Source: an uncultured Gemmatimonadales bacterium (lineage in GTDB: Bacteria; Gemmatimonadota; Gemmatimonadetes; Gemmatimonadales; GWC2-71-9). Taken from it: DNA of 64,000 nucleotides. Position 1 is the first letter of the stretch; every line of letters begins with the position of its first letter. The notes beneath the pieces were generated by a model that was not told the DNA's origin, searched no databases, and was given only the letters and a program-made list of their open reading frames with translations. The DNA lies in assembly GCA_963842945.1 (NCBI GenBank), contig CAWJIM010000019.1:128001-192000 (forward strand), in the 5' to 3' direction. Of the stretch, positions 12,625 to 21,298 are shown one piece after another. The translations under genes were made by a program, and so were the position numbers.

Positions 12625-12716
12625 AGGAGCCAGGAGCCAGGAGCTAGGAGCTTGGACTTCAGCGCTACTTCCTCCCTGAGTTCCGGCTCCAGACTCCTAG
12701 CTCCTGGCTCCCAGCT
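12625..12716. repeat. Inverted heptamer (AGGAGCY) tandem-repeat pair
   Basis: Four AGGAGCC/T units at 12625-12652; 12633-12650 is the exact reverse complement of 12694-12711 (18 bp). Confidence 0.85.
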
Positions 12717-12731
12717 TCCCTACATTCCGCC

Positions 12732-13301
12732 ATGGCCGAGCCTTCTGCCGCAGGGCTTTCTTTCGATCAGGAAGCGCTGCCCCACCTCGATGCGCTGTAC
12801 CGGGTTGCCTTACGGCTGACCGGTGACGCCAGCCAGGCCGAAGACCTGGTGCAGGACACCATGCTCAAGGCCTACCGGTCCTGGCGGCAGTACCGGCCCG
12901 GCACCAACGCCAAGGGTTGGCTGCTCACCATTCTTCGAAACACGTTCATCAATGATTATCGCCGGCGAAAGCATGAGCCGGTGGCAATGGACTTGGAAGC
13001 CGTGGAGCCGCACGCGCTCGACCGCTCGATCGAGGAAGTCGATCCCGAAGGCAACTTCTTTGCGCAGATCGTGGACGCGAAGGTTCTGGAAGCGATCGAC
13101 GCGTTGCCGCACGAGTTTCGGGAGGTGCTGGTCCTGAGCGATGTGGAAGGCATGCGCTACGCCGAGATCGCCGAGACCCTGCAGATCCCGGTCGGCACGG
13201 TGAAGTCTCGACTGTTCCGGGCCCGCCAACAGCTTCAGGCCCAGCTCTATACCCACGCCGTCGAAATGGGATATATCCAGCCACGGGAGAGCCCGACATG
13301 A
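12732..13301 (+). CDS. ECF RNA polymerase sigma factor, SigR/SigH-like
   Basis: LDALYRVALRLTG...AEDLVQDT...GTNAKGWLLTILRNTFIN; region 4 YAEIAETLQIPVGTVKSRLFRAR. Confidence 0.93.
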   Translation: MAEPSAAGLSFDQEALPHLDALYRVALRLTGDASQAEDLVQDTMLKAYRSWRQYRPGTNAKGWLLTILRNTFINDYRRRKHEPVAMDLEAVEPHALDRSIEEVDPEGNFFAQIVDAKVLEAIDALPHEFREVLVLSDVEGMRYAEIAETLQIPVGTVKSRLFRARQQLQAQLYTHAVEMGYIQPRESPT

Positions 13302-13543
13302 GCGGGGTTGACTGCGCCCAGGCGCTGACCAATCTGGGCGACTACCTCAAGCAGGAGCTTACGCCGGAGCTGATGGTTGAAGTTCGGCATCATCTGGAGC
13401 GGTGCCGCGATTGCTTCAAGCACGCCCAGTTTCAGGAGAGCTTCCTCAGCATGCTGGAGACGCGCGCCGGCCGGGAGACCTGTCCGGCAAAGCTGCGGGC
13501 CCGCATCCTCAGTCTGCTGCGGTCGGAGATGGAGAACCACTGA
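13298..13543 (+). CDS. Zinc-binding (zf-HC2/ZAS) anti-sigma factor
   Basis: HLERCRDC (HxxxCxxC) motif; ATGA overlap with the sigma gene. Confidence 0.9.
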   Translation: MSGVDCAQALTNLGDYLKQELTPELMVEVRHHLERCRDCFKHAQFQESFLSMLETRAGRETCPAKLRARILSLLRSEMENH

Positions 13544-14325
13544 GCGAGCCGTCACTCCTGCTGGCGATCCTGGTCAGCGCGGGTGTCGTCTGCATTGCCT
13601 GGTTCTCGGCCACCCTCACTTCATCCGGTGCGCTGGCGGCCTGGATGGTGGGCGCCGGGATCCTCTATGGAACGGGTTGGACCGGCGCCGCAGTGCTGGC
13701 CGCCTTTTTTGTTTCCAGCAACCTGGTGTCCCGGGTAGCCCCCGGCCCACTACCGCCGATGCTCGACGCCAAGGGCGACCGGCGAGATGCCTGGCAGGTG
13801 CTGGCCAATGGAGCAGCGGCTGCGCTGCTCGCCCTCTTCGGTTCCTCCGATCCGGCCCTCAGAACCTGGCTGGTGACTGCAACGCTGTCTGCCGCAGCGG
13901 CGGACACCTGGGCCTCCGCCGTGGGTGCCCGAAGCCGCTCAGCTCCAAGGCTCTTGTGGTCCCGTAACCCGGTTCCGCCCGGCACCAGTGGCGGGATCAC
14001 CGCCGCCGGGAATGTGGGCGCTCTTGCCGGTGCGGCGGTGGTCTCGGCGACCGCCGCGCTGCTCACGGGAAGCGCGCGGCTCCTCCCCGCGGGAATACTG
14101 ATAGGTTTCCTCGGTATGCTAGTTGATTCGCTGCTCGGCGGTGTGATACAAGGGACGTTTTGGTGCCCTCAGTGCCGGCAGCCGAGTGAGTGGCGCGTAC
14201 ATCGCTGCGGAACCAGGACGGAACGGAAATCCGGATGGGTGTGGCTGAACAACGACGGCGTGAACCTGCTCGCGACGGCTATCAGCGGCGCTTTGGCTTG
14301 GGCCGTATGGCGCTGGCTTGACTGA
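13540..14325 (+). CDS. DUF92 membrane protein
   Basis: LTSSGALAA, RDAWQVLANG, AAADTWAS, VPPGTSGGIT, DSLLGGVIQ, NNDGVN motifs; probable CTG start overlapping the upstream TGA. Confidence 0.85.
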   Translation: MSEPSLLLAILVSAGVVCIAWFSATLTSSGALAAWMVGAGILYGTGWTGAAVLAAFFVSSNLVSRVAPGPLPPMLDAKGDRRDAWQVLANGAAAALLALFGSSDPALRTWLVTATLSAAAADTWASAVGARSRSAPRLLWSRNPVPPGTSGGITAAGNVGALAGAAVVSATAALLTGSARLLPAGILIGFLGMLVDSLLGGVIQGTFWCPQCRQPSEWRVHRCGTRTERKSGWVWLNNDGVNLLATAISGALAWAVWRWLD

Positions 14326-15541
14326 CCTTCCCCGCCAGGTCGACGTGCTGGTGGTCGGCGCCGGGCCGGCCGGCAGCGCTTCTGCCGCTCTGCTGGCTGA
14401 GGCGGGCTTTTCCGTTCTCGCGGTAGACCGGGCCCAGTTCCCCCGCGACAAGCCCTGCGCCGAGTACATGAGTCCGGAGGCAGTGAGAATTCTGACCCGG
14501 TTCGGCGTCGTCGATACGCTCGAACGGGCCGGGGCGGCTGCGCTCGAGGGGATGAAAATCACCGGTATTCACGGTGCCACGGCGCATGGGATCTTTGCTC
14601 TGGCCGGTCATCGGCCGTACCGCCCGACAGGACTCTCGGTCTCTCGCCGAATCCTCGATCATGCGCTGCTCAACGTCGCCCGGAAAGCCGGCGCGTCCTT
14701 CGCGGAACGCACTGCGGTGGAGGAGCTGCTGTACGAACGGGGAGCGGTTACCGGAGCCGTGCTGCGCGATGGCCAGGGACGTCGCCGATCGGTCCGGGCC
14801 CGGCTGACCGTGGGTGCCGACGGTCTCAGGTCAGTGGTGGCCCGTCGCATGGGACGGCGCACTCACCAGCGGCCTCGCCGGGTCGCATTCGTGGCGCATG
14901 TGGCCGGTGTCCGGAACCCGGGCAAGTCAGCCGAGCTCCACTTCGGCCGCAACGGCTACATGGGGCTGAATCGGATCGGCAACGACCTGGTCAATGTCGC
15001 CCTGGTAGTACCGGCGGAACGAGCAAAGGAGGCCAGGGGCAAAGCCCAGGATTTTTTCCTGCAAACCCTGGGAGAATTTCCCGATGCAGGCGGCCGTGTC
15101 CTGGCGGGAGAAATTGTCCGACCCGTCCTTGTGACCGGCCCCTTCGCGGCATGGTCGGGCCGGGTAGCGGTTCCCGGGGGCCTGCTGGTGGGTGACGCCG
15201 CCGACTTCTTCGATCCGGTCACAGGTGACGGAATCCTGAGCGCCTTGCGTGGCGCAGAGCTGGTGGCCGAGACGATGATCCCTGCTTTGTGCCAGCCAGG
15301 CTCGGTAGCCGGTGAGCCGCTTCGTCATTATCAGCGGCGGCGGCGGCAGGTGTTCGCCGGGAAGTGGATCATGGAACGGGCAACCCGCTATCTGATGTCC
15401 TCGCCCTGGTTCTTCAACCGCAGCGTCTCCCGGCTGGGCCGGTACCAGGACATGGCTCATTCTGCCATCGGCGTGGCGGGTGGGTTTGTGCCGCTCCGGG
15501 AAATCCTGAATCCGCTCTTCCTTGCCCGGATGGTCCTTTGA
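14318..15541 (+). CDS. FAD-dependent oxidoreductase (geranylgeranyl-reductase/aromatic hydroxylase-like)
   Basis: VVGAGPAG, FPRDKPCAEY, GADG, VGDAADFFDPVTGDGI. Confidence 0.88.
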   Translation: MTDLPRQVDVLVVGAGPAGSASAALLAEAGFSVLAVDRAQFPRDKPCAEYMSPEAVRILTRFGVVDTLERAGAAALEGMKITGIHGATAHGIFALAGHRPYRPTGLSVSRRILDHALLNVARKAGASFAERTAVEELLYERGAVTGAVLRDGQGRRRSVRARLTVGADGLRSVVARRMGRRTHQRPRRVAFVAHVAGVRNPGKSAELHFGRNGYMGLNRIGNDLVNVALVVPAERAKEARGKAQDFFLQTLGEFPDAGGRVLAGEIVRPVLVTGPFAAWSGRVAVPGGLLVGDAADFFDPVTGDGILSALRGAELVAETMIPALCQPGSVAGEPLRHYQRRRRQVFAGKWIMERATRYLMSSPWFFNRSVSRLGRYQDMAHSAIGVAGGFVPLREILNPLFLARMVL

Positions 15542-16020
15542 GCGCCGCTGAGGTCGACGCGGCACAGTTCCGCCAGCTGTTGGGGCGCTTCGCTACCGGA
15601 GTCGCCATCATAACAGTCACGGCGCCTGATGGGCGGCTCATCGGCATGACCGCCAACAGCCTGTCTTCGGTCTCGCTGTATCCGGCGCTGATCTCGGTCT
15701 GCATCGAGCGTGAGGCCGGGATGCACAACGCGATCCTCGAGGCAGATCAGTTCGTGGTAAATGTGCTCTCCAGTTCCCAGGAAACTCTGGCGCGCCGATT
15801 TGCCGACAAGCACGAGGACCGTTTCGAGGGAGTCGGTTACCACACCAGCCCCGAGGGCCTCATCCTGCTCGGCGGCGCCCTGGCCCACATCGAGTGTCAG
15901 CGATTTGCCCACTATCCCGGCGGGGACCATACCATCGTCGTCGGACGGGTGACCGGCGGAACCACCAGCAAGGGACGGCCCTTGCTCTACTACCGTGGGG
16001 GGTATGCCGCGCTGGAGTAG
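15538..16020 (+). CDS. Flavin reductase family protein
   Basis: FRQLLGRFATGVAIIT, GMTANSLSSVSL, GGDHTIVVG, PLLYYRGGY. Confidence 0.92.
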   Translation: MSAAEVDAAQFRQLLGRFATGVAIITVTAPDGRLIGMTANSLSSVSLYPALISVCIEREAGMHNAILEADQFVVNVLSSSQETLARRFADKHEDRFEGVGYHTSPEGLILLGGALAHIECQRFAHYPGGDHTIVVGRVTGGTTSKGRPLLYYRGGYAALE

Positions 16021-16022
16021 CA

Positions 16023-16721
16023 GTGGCTGAGCTCACCATCAGTCCCATAGGGACCGAGCTGCTGGACAATCCCGCGGCCGATCCGGTCACGGTGGCGGAG
16101 TCGCTCCGCAACATCGCGCGGGCCAATCGCTGGTTCGGCGGCGCCGCAGCCGTGCGCTTCGGTTTGGAGCGCACGCTCGGTGGCCTGCCTCGGGGAGAAA
16201 CCCTATCCCTCCTGGATCTGGGCACCGGACTGGGTGATCTGCCGCTGATGGCGGTGCGCTGGGGTGCTCGGAGAGGCATTCGAGTCGTCCCCATCGGCCT
16301 CGAGCTCAACCGGGTTGCGGCCAGGATGGCCCAGCAGCGGGAGGTCGCCACCGTGGTTGGCTGTGCGGGCCAGCCGCCGATCCGGGACCAGAGCGTCGAC
16401 GTGGTGCTGGTCAGTCAGGTCGCCCATCACCTGCACGCCGACTCGGTCATTCGCCTGTTTCAGTGCTGCGAGCGCCTGGCCCGGAGAGCGGTGATCGTAT
16501 CTGATCTGCGGCGTCATCCGCTTGCTACCGCCTCCTTCCGGTGCGGCGGCCGGCTCCTGCGCTTCGATCCGGTGACACTTTCCGACGGGGTGACCTCCAT
16601 CCGCCGGGGATTCAGCCGCCGGGAGCTGCTCGATCTCATGAATCAGGCTGGTGTCAGCGGAGAAGTGGCGTACCGGCCGGGGTTTCGAGTGGTGGCAACC
16701 TGGCTTCCAGGCAGCGCTTGA
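16023..16721 (+). CDS. SAM-dependent methyltransferase
   Basis: ELLD...NIARANRWFGG, LLDLGTGLGD, HHL, DLRR, DGVTSIRRGF. Confidence 0.85.
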   Translation: MAELTISPIGTELLDNPAADPVTVAESLRNIARANRWFGGAAAVRFGLERTLGGLPRGETLSLLDLGTGLGDLPLMAVRWGARRGIRVVPIGLELNRVAARMAQQREVATVVGCAGQPPIRDQSVDVVLVSQVAHHLHADSVIRLFQCCERLARRAVIVSDLRRHPLATASFRCGGRLLRFDPVTLSDGVTSIRRGFSRRELLDLMNQAGVSGEVAYRPGFRVVATWLPGSA

Positions 16722-17248
16722 TGCGTACGGTGGATCGCGTGCGGGTCCAGGCACCCGTCGAGTCGGTATTCCGGGCCGCCAGCGAGGTGGAGCGCTGGCC
16801 TCAGATACTGAGCCACTATCGCTGGGTTAAGAAGCTGGAGGGCACTGGCGCCGGGACGCTGGTGGAAATGGCTGCATGGCGTCCTTTCGGTCCACTCAAG
16901 TATCCCACCTGGTGGGTTTCCGAGATGTGGATTGACCATGCCGCGCCGGCCGTCCACTACCGGCACGTCCGGGGGATCACGACCGGGATGGATGTTGTCT
17001 GGCAGATGGTCCCCACCGCAGAGGGGACCGAGGTCACGATCGTCCACCAGTGGAGTGGGCCTCACTGGCCGATGATCGGCGCGACGGCTGCAAACTGGGT
17101 CATCGGACCGGTCTTCGTCCACGGGATTGCCTCCCGGACGCTCGCGGGCATAAAACGGTATTTGGAAGCGGAGCGGCTCGGAAGGGGGAAAGCGGGGGTG
17201 CCGGGCAGTGAAGTTGGAGCAGGAGCAGTGCGACAGGAGCGCAGATGA
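16721..17248 (+). CDS. SRPBCC/START-fold polyketide cyclase/dehydrase-like protein
   Basis: VQAPVESVFRAASEVERWPQILSHY, GMDVVW, TEVTIVH; ATG overlaps the upstream stop. Confidence 0.8.
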   Translation: MRTVDRVRVQAPVESVFRAASEVERWPQILSHYRWVKKLEGTGAGTLVEMAAWRPFGPLKYPTWWVSEMWIDHAAPAVHYRHVRGITTGMDVVWQMVPTAEGTEVTIVHQWSGPHWPMIGATAANWVIGPVFVHGIASRTLAGIKRYLEAERLGRGKAGVPGSEVGAGAVRQERR

Positions 17249-18486
17249 AGGAACGCAGAGTTGTGATCACCGGGATTGGCGCCATCACTCCAATCGGTAC
17301 CGGGGTTGAAGGATTGTGGGAGGGGCTCCGGCGGCGGGAATCGGCCGTCCGCTGCATCACCCGGTTCGATCCCTCCATGTTCAAGTCCCGCATCGCCGGG
17401 GAGGTGCCCGACTTTGCGCCCAGCGATCACATCGAGGAGCGCCGGGTCCGCCGGCTCGATCGGTTCTCCCAGTTCAGTGTCGCCGCAACTCGAATGGCCC
17501 TGACCGACGCCGATCTCGACCCCGCTCGGGAAGACATGGACCGGATCGGCGCCACAATGGGCACAGCGCTCGGGGGCGTCGCCCACGGGGAGAGTCAGTA
17601 CCGGAACTTCATGCAGGGAGGTCCCCGGGCGGTTGATCCTGCCCTGGCCCTCACCGTCTTTGCCGGAGCCGCCAGCTGCAACATCGCCATCGAGTTCGGC
17701 TTCACCGGGCCGAACTCGACCAACGGGATGAGCTGTGCCTCGGGCGCCATTGCTATCGGCGAGGCCTTCCGGGCCATCACCCGAGGGGAAGCCGATGTGA
17801 TGGTGGCGGGGGGCGCCGAAGCACCGCTGGCCCCGCTCTGCTTTGGAGCGTTCGCCATCATCCGGGCCATGTCTACCCGCAACGACGATCCCGCGCATGC
17901 CAGCAGACCCTTCGACCAGGGTCGGGATGGCTTCGTGATGGCCGAGGGAGCCGCGGTACTGGTTTTGGAGGAGCGCGGGCGAGCTCTGGCCCGGGGAGCG
18001 CCGGTGTACGCCGAGATCTGCGGGTTCGGTCTGACCAACGATGCCTATCACATGACGGCGCCCCGGCCCGATGGAACGCAAGCGGCTCGCGCAATGCGGA
18101 ATGCGCTGACCGAAGCCGGAGTGGCCCCCCACGAGGTCGGCTACATCAACGCGCACGGCTCCTCGACTCCGCTCAACGATCCGACCGAGACCTCATCCAT
18201 CAAGCAGGTCTTTGGGGCACACGCCTACCGGCCGGCGTTCAGCGGAACCAAGGGCTACTACGGTCACGCGCTGGGAGCGAGTGGCGCTATCGAGGCTGCG
18301 ATCTGTGCCCTGGCCAGTCACCGGGGTTGGGTGCCGCCCACGGTAAATCTCCATTGCCCTGATCCGGTGTGCGACCTTTCCCACGTCGGTCCCGACGGAA
18401 TGCAGCTCCAGCCGGACTACTTGCTCAGCAACTCATTCGGCTTCGGCGGCATCAACGCCAGTCTCCTCTTCCGGCGCGTCGAGTAA
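17245..18486 (+). CDS. Beta-ketoacyl-ACP synthase II-like ketosynthase (FabF family)
   Basis: RRVVITGIG, catalytic Cys in MSCASG, RPFDQGRDGFVMAEG, INAHGSST, KGYYGHALGA, SNSFGFGG. Confidence 0.93.
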   Translation: MKERRVVITGIGAITPIGTGVEGLWEGLRRRESAVRCITRFDPSMFKSRIAGEVPDFAPSDHIEERRVRRLDRFSQFSVAATRMALTDADLDPAREDMDRIGATMGTALGGVAHGESQYRNFMQGGPRAVDPALALTVFAGAASCNIAIEFGFTGPNSTNGMSCASGAIAIGEAFRAITRGEADVMVAGGAEAPLAPLCFGAFAIIRAMSTRNDDPAHASRPFDQGRDGFVMAEGAAVLVLEERGRALARGAPVYAEICGFGLTNDAYHMTAPRPDGTQAARAMRNALTEAGVAPHEVGYINAHGSSTPLNDPTETSSIKQVFGAHAYRPAFSGTKGYYGHALGASGAIEAAICALASHRGWVPPTVNLHCPDPVCDLSHVGPDGMQLQPDYLLSNSFGFGGINASLLFRRVE

Positions 18487-18502
18487 GCTCCTAGATTCGC
18501 GC

Positions 18503-19244
18503 ATGCCTTCCCTCACACGCCGGTTGACCGCCGAAGCGCTCGGCACCTTTGGATTGGTGTTCGTGGGCGCCGCGGTCGTGGTCGTCAATGGTGGGTTTCC
18601 CAACAGCGGTATCGGGCTGATCGGGATCGCACTGGCCCACGCGACAGTGCTCTCGGTGATGATCACGGCCACCATGACCATCTCCGGCGGCCACCTGAAT
18701 CCAGCCGTCACCATTGGCCTGCTGCTCAAACGCCGGATCGATCCGGTCTCCGCCTTGGCCTACATCGCGGTGCAGCTGGCCGCCGCCTGTCTGGCGGCGT
18801 TGCTGGTCAAGCTGCTCCTGCCGGTTCACGGCAGTGCGCAATGCCATGCTGGGAGTCCCGGTGATCGCCAGCTCGGTTTCGCTGGGCCAGGCAATCGGGA
18901 TCGAGCTGGTCCTGACGTTCTTCCTGATGTCGGCCGTGTTCGGAACGGCAGTGTCCCCGGATGCTCCCAGGGTGGCGGGGTTCGGTATCGGCCTGGTGCT
19001 GCTGTTCGACATTCTCGTCGGCGGGCCGCTGACCGGCGCGGCGATGAATCCGGCTCGAGCCTTCGGCCCTGCGGTTGTTTCAGGCGAGTGGGTAGGACAG
19101 CTGGTTTACTGGATTGGACCGATTGCAGGGGCGCTCTTGGCGGCAGTGCTCTGGGAGTTCCTGCTACTGCCGAAGGGTCCGAGTCGCCGGAGGAAGACGG
19201 ACGAGGAAACCGTAAGCGGGAACAGCGAGAAGCGTAAGCGGTGA
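18503..19244 (+). CDS. MIP/aquaporin channel (one frameshift)
   Basis: AEALGTF, SGGHLNPAVT and AAMNPARAFGP in two overlapping frames. Confidence 0.9.
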
Positions 19245-19251
19245 GCGGGAA
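19211..19251. repeat. Heptamer repeat arm (GCGGTRA-type), inverted relative to 19706-19815
   Basis: AGCGTAAGCGGTGAGCGGGAA (19231-19251) is the reverse complement of 19747-19767 with one mismatch; 19211-19222 complements 19802-19813. Confidence 0.85.
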
Positions 19252-19289
19252 ATTAGCGAGATCATGACCATGGGCGGCATGAACGTTAG

Positions 19290-19649
19290 CTATAGCGGGC
19301 TTCTGCTACGCCGGATCATTCCTAGCAGCAGCCTCTGACTTCGTTGGTTCCTTCTGAGTAATACCGTCCCCAGTTCCTGGGAGACCGCCTGCACCTCCAG
19401 CGCCAACTCGAGCAATTCTCCTGTTTCCACTGCTGATCCGTAAGCAATAGAGAGATGTTTTCTGAAAGAGGGTGAATCACCGTAAGCGTAGCCCTCGGCA
19501 ATATTGAGCTGTACCGAAAGGCAGGCACGTTGCAGCTGTGAGAACAGCGCCGACGCCCACGGCTTCCAACCAGTATGTGCCAGGTTGATCACACCTAGTA
19601 CTACCGCTCGAGCCTCCTGCCAAGCATGTAAGGACCGATGATCTCGCAT
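19290..19649 (-). CDS. Four helix bundle protein (23S rRNA IVP / bAvd-like family)
   Basis: MRDHRSLHAWQEA, SQLQRACLSVQLNIAEG, LSIAYGSAVE; 119 aa. Confidence 0.88.
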   Translation of the reverse strand: MRDHRSLHAWQEARAVVLGVINLAHTGWKPWASALFSQLQRACLSVQLNIAEGYAYGDSPSFRKHLSIAYGSAVETGELLELALEVQAVSQELGTVLLRRNQRSQRLLLGMIRRSRSPL

Positions 19650-19705
19650 TCCGTATCATGCTTTTCGGCCTGCAACGGCACTTACCCAATTCTACCCGAG
19701 AAGTA

Positions 19706-19815
19706 CCCGCTCACGCTGTTTGATTCCCCCGCTCACGCTTTGGTAGTTCCCGCTCACCGCTCACGCTTTTGAGTTCCCGCTCACCGCTCACGCAGTTGGT
19801 CTTCCCGCTTACGCT
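19706..19815. repeat. Five degenerate CCCGCTCA(CCGCTCA)CGC units
   Basis: Units start at 19706, 19728, 19749, 19776 and 19804, separated by ~8-10 nt. Confidence 0.85.
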
Positions 19816-19915
19816 GTTTAAGGTAAAGCCGCACCCAGTACCCCCCCAAAATCACCGTGGTCACGATGTAGGCCGCGACCATATACCCGCCATTCTGGGG
19901 AGGCTCAGCCAACAT
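19781..19915 (-). CDS. ccmD: CcmD-like heme exporter protein D (44 aa)
   Basis: Read by hand: MLAEPPQNGGYMVAAYIVTTVILGGYWVRLYLKQRKREDQLRER; YxxAAY, one TM helix, basic tail; overlaps the ccmC stop. Confidence 0.7.
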   Translation of the reverse strand: MLAEPPQNGGYMVAAYIVTTVILGGYWVRLYLKQRKREDQLRER

Positions 19916-20621
19916 CCGAACCCCCTTCCAGCTCCCGCCTCTCATCCGCGAGAGCCAGCCCGTAACGCGCCGTCACGAATCCGACGTACAAGAGCGTAAA
20001 CACCAGAGTCGAGACCAGCAGCGTCCGTAGCATCTCGGGCGGCAGCGAGGGCGCACTTGGCTTCAGCACAATGGGCTGCGGGTGCAGCGTGCGAAACAGA
20101 TATACGCTGAGATGAATGAAAGGGATCAGCAGAAGGCCGAGGATTCCAACCACCGCGCTGAACCGCGCCCGCTCGGCCGGATCGTGCAGCGCGGCTCGGA
20201 GTGCCAGATAGCCCACGAACAGGAAGAACAGGAACAGGGTGAGCGTGAGCCGGGCATCCCAGGTCCACCAGGTGCCCCAGATCGGTTTGGCCCAAATAGG
20301 CCCGGTAGTGAGCATTACGGCGCTGAACGCTACGCCCACCTCGGCCGAGGCAGCGGCAAAGCGGTCAAGCCGGGGATCCTGCAGCCAGAGGTAGAGGGCA
20401 CCGGTCACGCCGACCAGCGAGAACGCCAGGAGCGCACTCCAGGCCGCAGGAACGTGGAGGTAGAAGATCTTCTGGGCCACGCCCTGACGGGCTTCGACCG
20501 GGGTGTAGCCCAGGGCGAGCACATAGACCAGGAGGAGCCCAAGGAAAGCGGCGCCACTGAGCCAAAGCCCGCGGCGAATGATTCGGTCGGCCTTAAGGTT
20601 TGCCGGGTCCATCGGGCTCAC
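19905..20621 (-). CDS. ccmC: Heme exporter protein C
   Basis: IFYLHVPAAW, TGPIWAKPIWGTWWTWDARLT, RTLHP. Confidence 0.93.
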   Translation of the reverse strand: MSPMDPANLKADRIIRRGLWLSGAAFLGLLLVYVLALGYTPVEARQGVAQKIFYLHVPAAWSALLAFSLVGVTGALYLWLQDPRLDRFAAASAEVGVAFSAVMLTTGPIWAKPIWGTWWTWDARLTLTLFLFFLFVGYLALRAALHDPAERARFSAVVGILGLLLIPFIHLSVYLFRTLHPQPIVLKPSAPSLPPEMLRTLLVSTLVFTLLYVGFVTARYGLALADERRELEGGSDVG

Positions 20622-21298
20622 TCGTCCACCACCGCGGGGAAGGTCAGCGTGCAAAGTGTCACGAAGACGATGTCATAGAGCGCGAGAAGCCGAACCCACC
20701 CCAACATCTCGCTCCAGGGTCGTCCGGCCAGCAGCCGCGATGTGACCTGCACGGCTCCGATGAGCGGCGGCACCATGAAAGGCAGCAGCAGAACCGGCAA
20801 TAGCAGTTCGGCATGCCGGGTACGCACCGCCATAGCGCTGAAGATCGTTCCCACCGCCACGAATCCGATGGTGGCGAGTACCGTTGTGCCCAGGACGCCG
20901 GGCAGGCTCGACCACAGGCTCACATTAAAGAACAGAGTGAAGAGCGGGAGAGTCACCAGCTCCACTGCGCCGACGAAGGCCAGATTGGCCAGCAGCTTGC
21001 CCAGGAATAGCGCCTCTCGCGGCACCGGGGCCAGCAGCAGTCCATCTAACGCCGAGTTTTCCCGCTCGATAGTAAAGGCCCGGTTCATCGCCAGCAACGC
21101 AGCCAGCGCAAATGTCACCCATAAAACACTGGGCGCGAGCGCCGTGGCCGAAAGCGCGGTTGGATCCCGGGCGAAGTTGAAGACTACCAGGACCAGAGCG
21201 GCAAAAACCAGCGCGGAGAGGAGGGCGGTTCGGCTCCGGAGCTCCGCCCGTATGTCCTTCCCGGCCACCGCCAGAATCAGGTGCATCGATCTAAGCAC
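20618..21298 (-). CDS. ccmB: Heme exporter protein B
   Basis: KDIRAELRSR, ERENSALDGLLLAP, ELLLPVLLLP; hydrophobic; lies between ccmA and ccmC. Confidence 0.9.
   Translation of the reverse strand: MLRSMHLILAVAGKDIRAELRSRTALLSALVFAALVLVVFNFARDPTALSATALAPSVLWVTFALAALLAMNRAFTIERENSALDGLLLAPVPREALFLGKLLANLAFVGAVELVTLPLFTLFFNVSLWSSLPGVLGTTVLATIGFVAVGTIFSAMAVRTRHAELLLPVLLLPFMVPPLIGAVQVTSRLLAGRPWSEMLGWVRLLALYDIVFVTLCTLTFPAVVDE

Noticed and set aside
17245..18486. Classical type II aromatic PKS
   Set aside because: Only one ketosynthase; no chain-length factor or ACP in the cluster.
19290..19649. Avd-like gene suggesting a diversity-generating retroelement
   Set aside because: No reverse transcriptase and no template/variable repeat pair seen in the window.
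19706..19815. Regularly spaced repeats resembling a mini-CRISPR array
   Set aside because: Units are 12-19 nt with ~8-10 nt gaps, far below CRISPR dimensions, and there are no cas genes.
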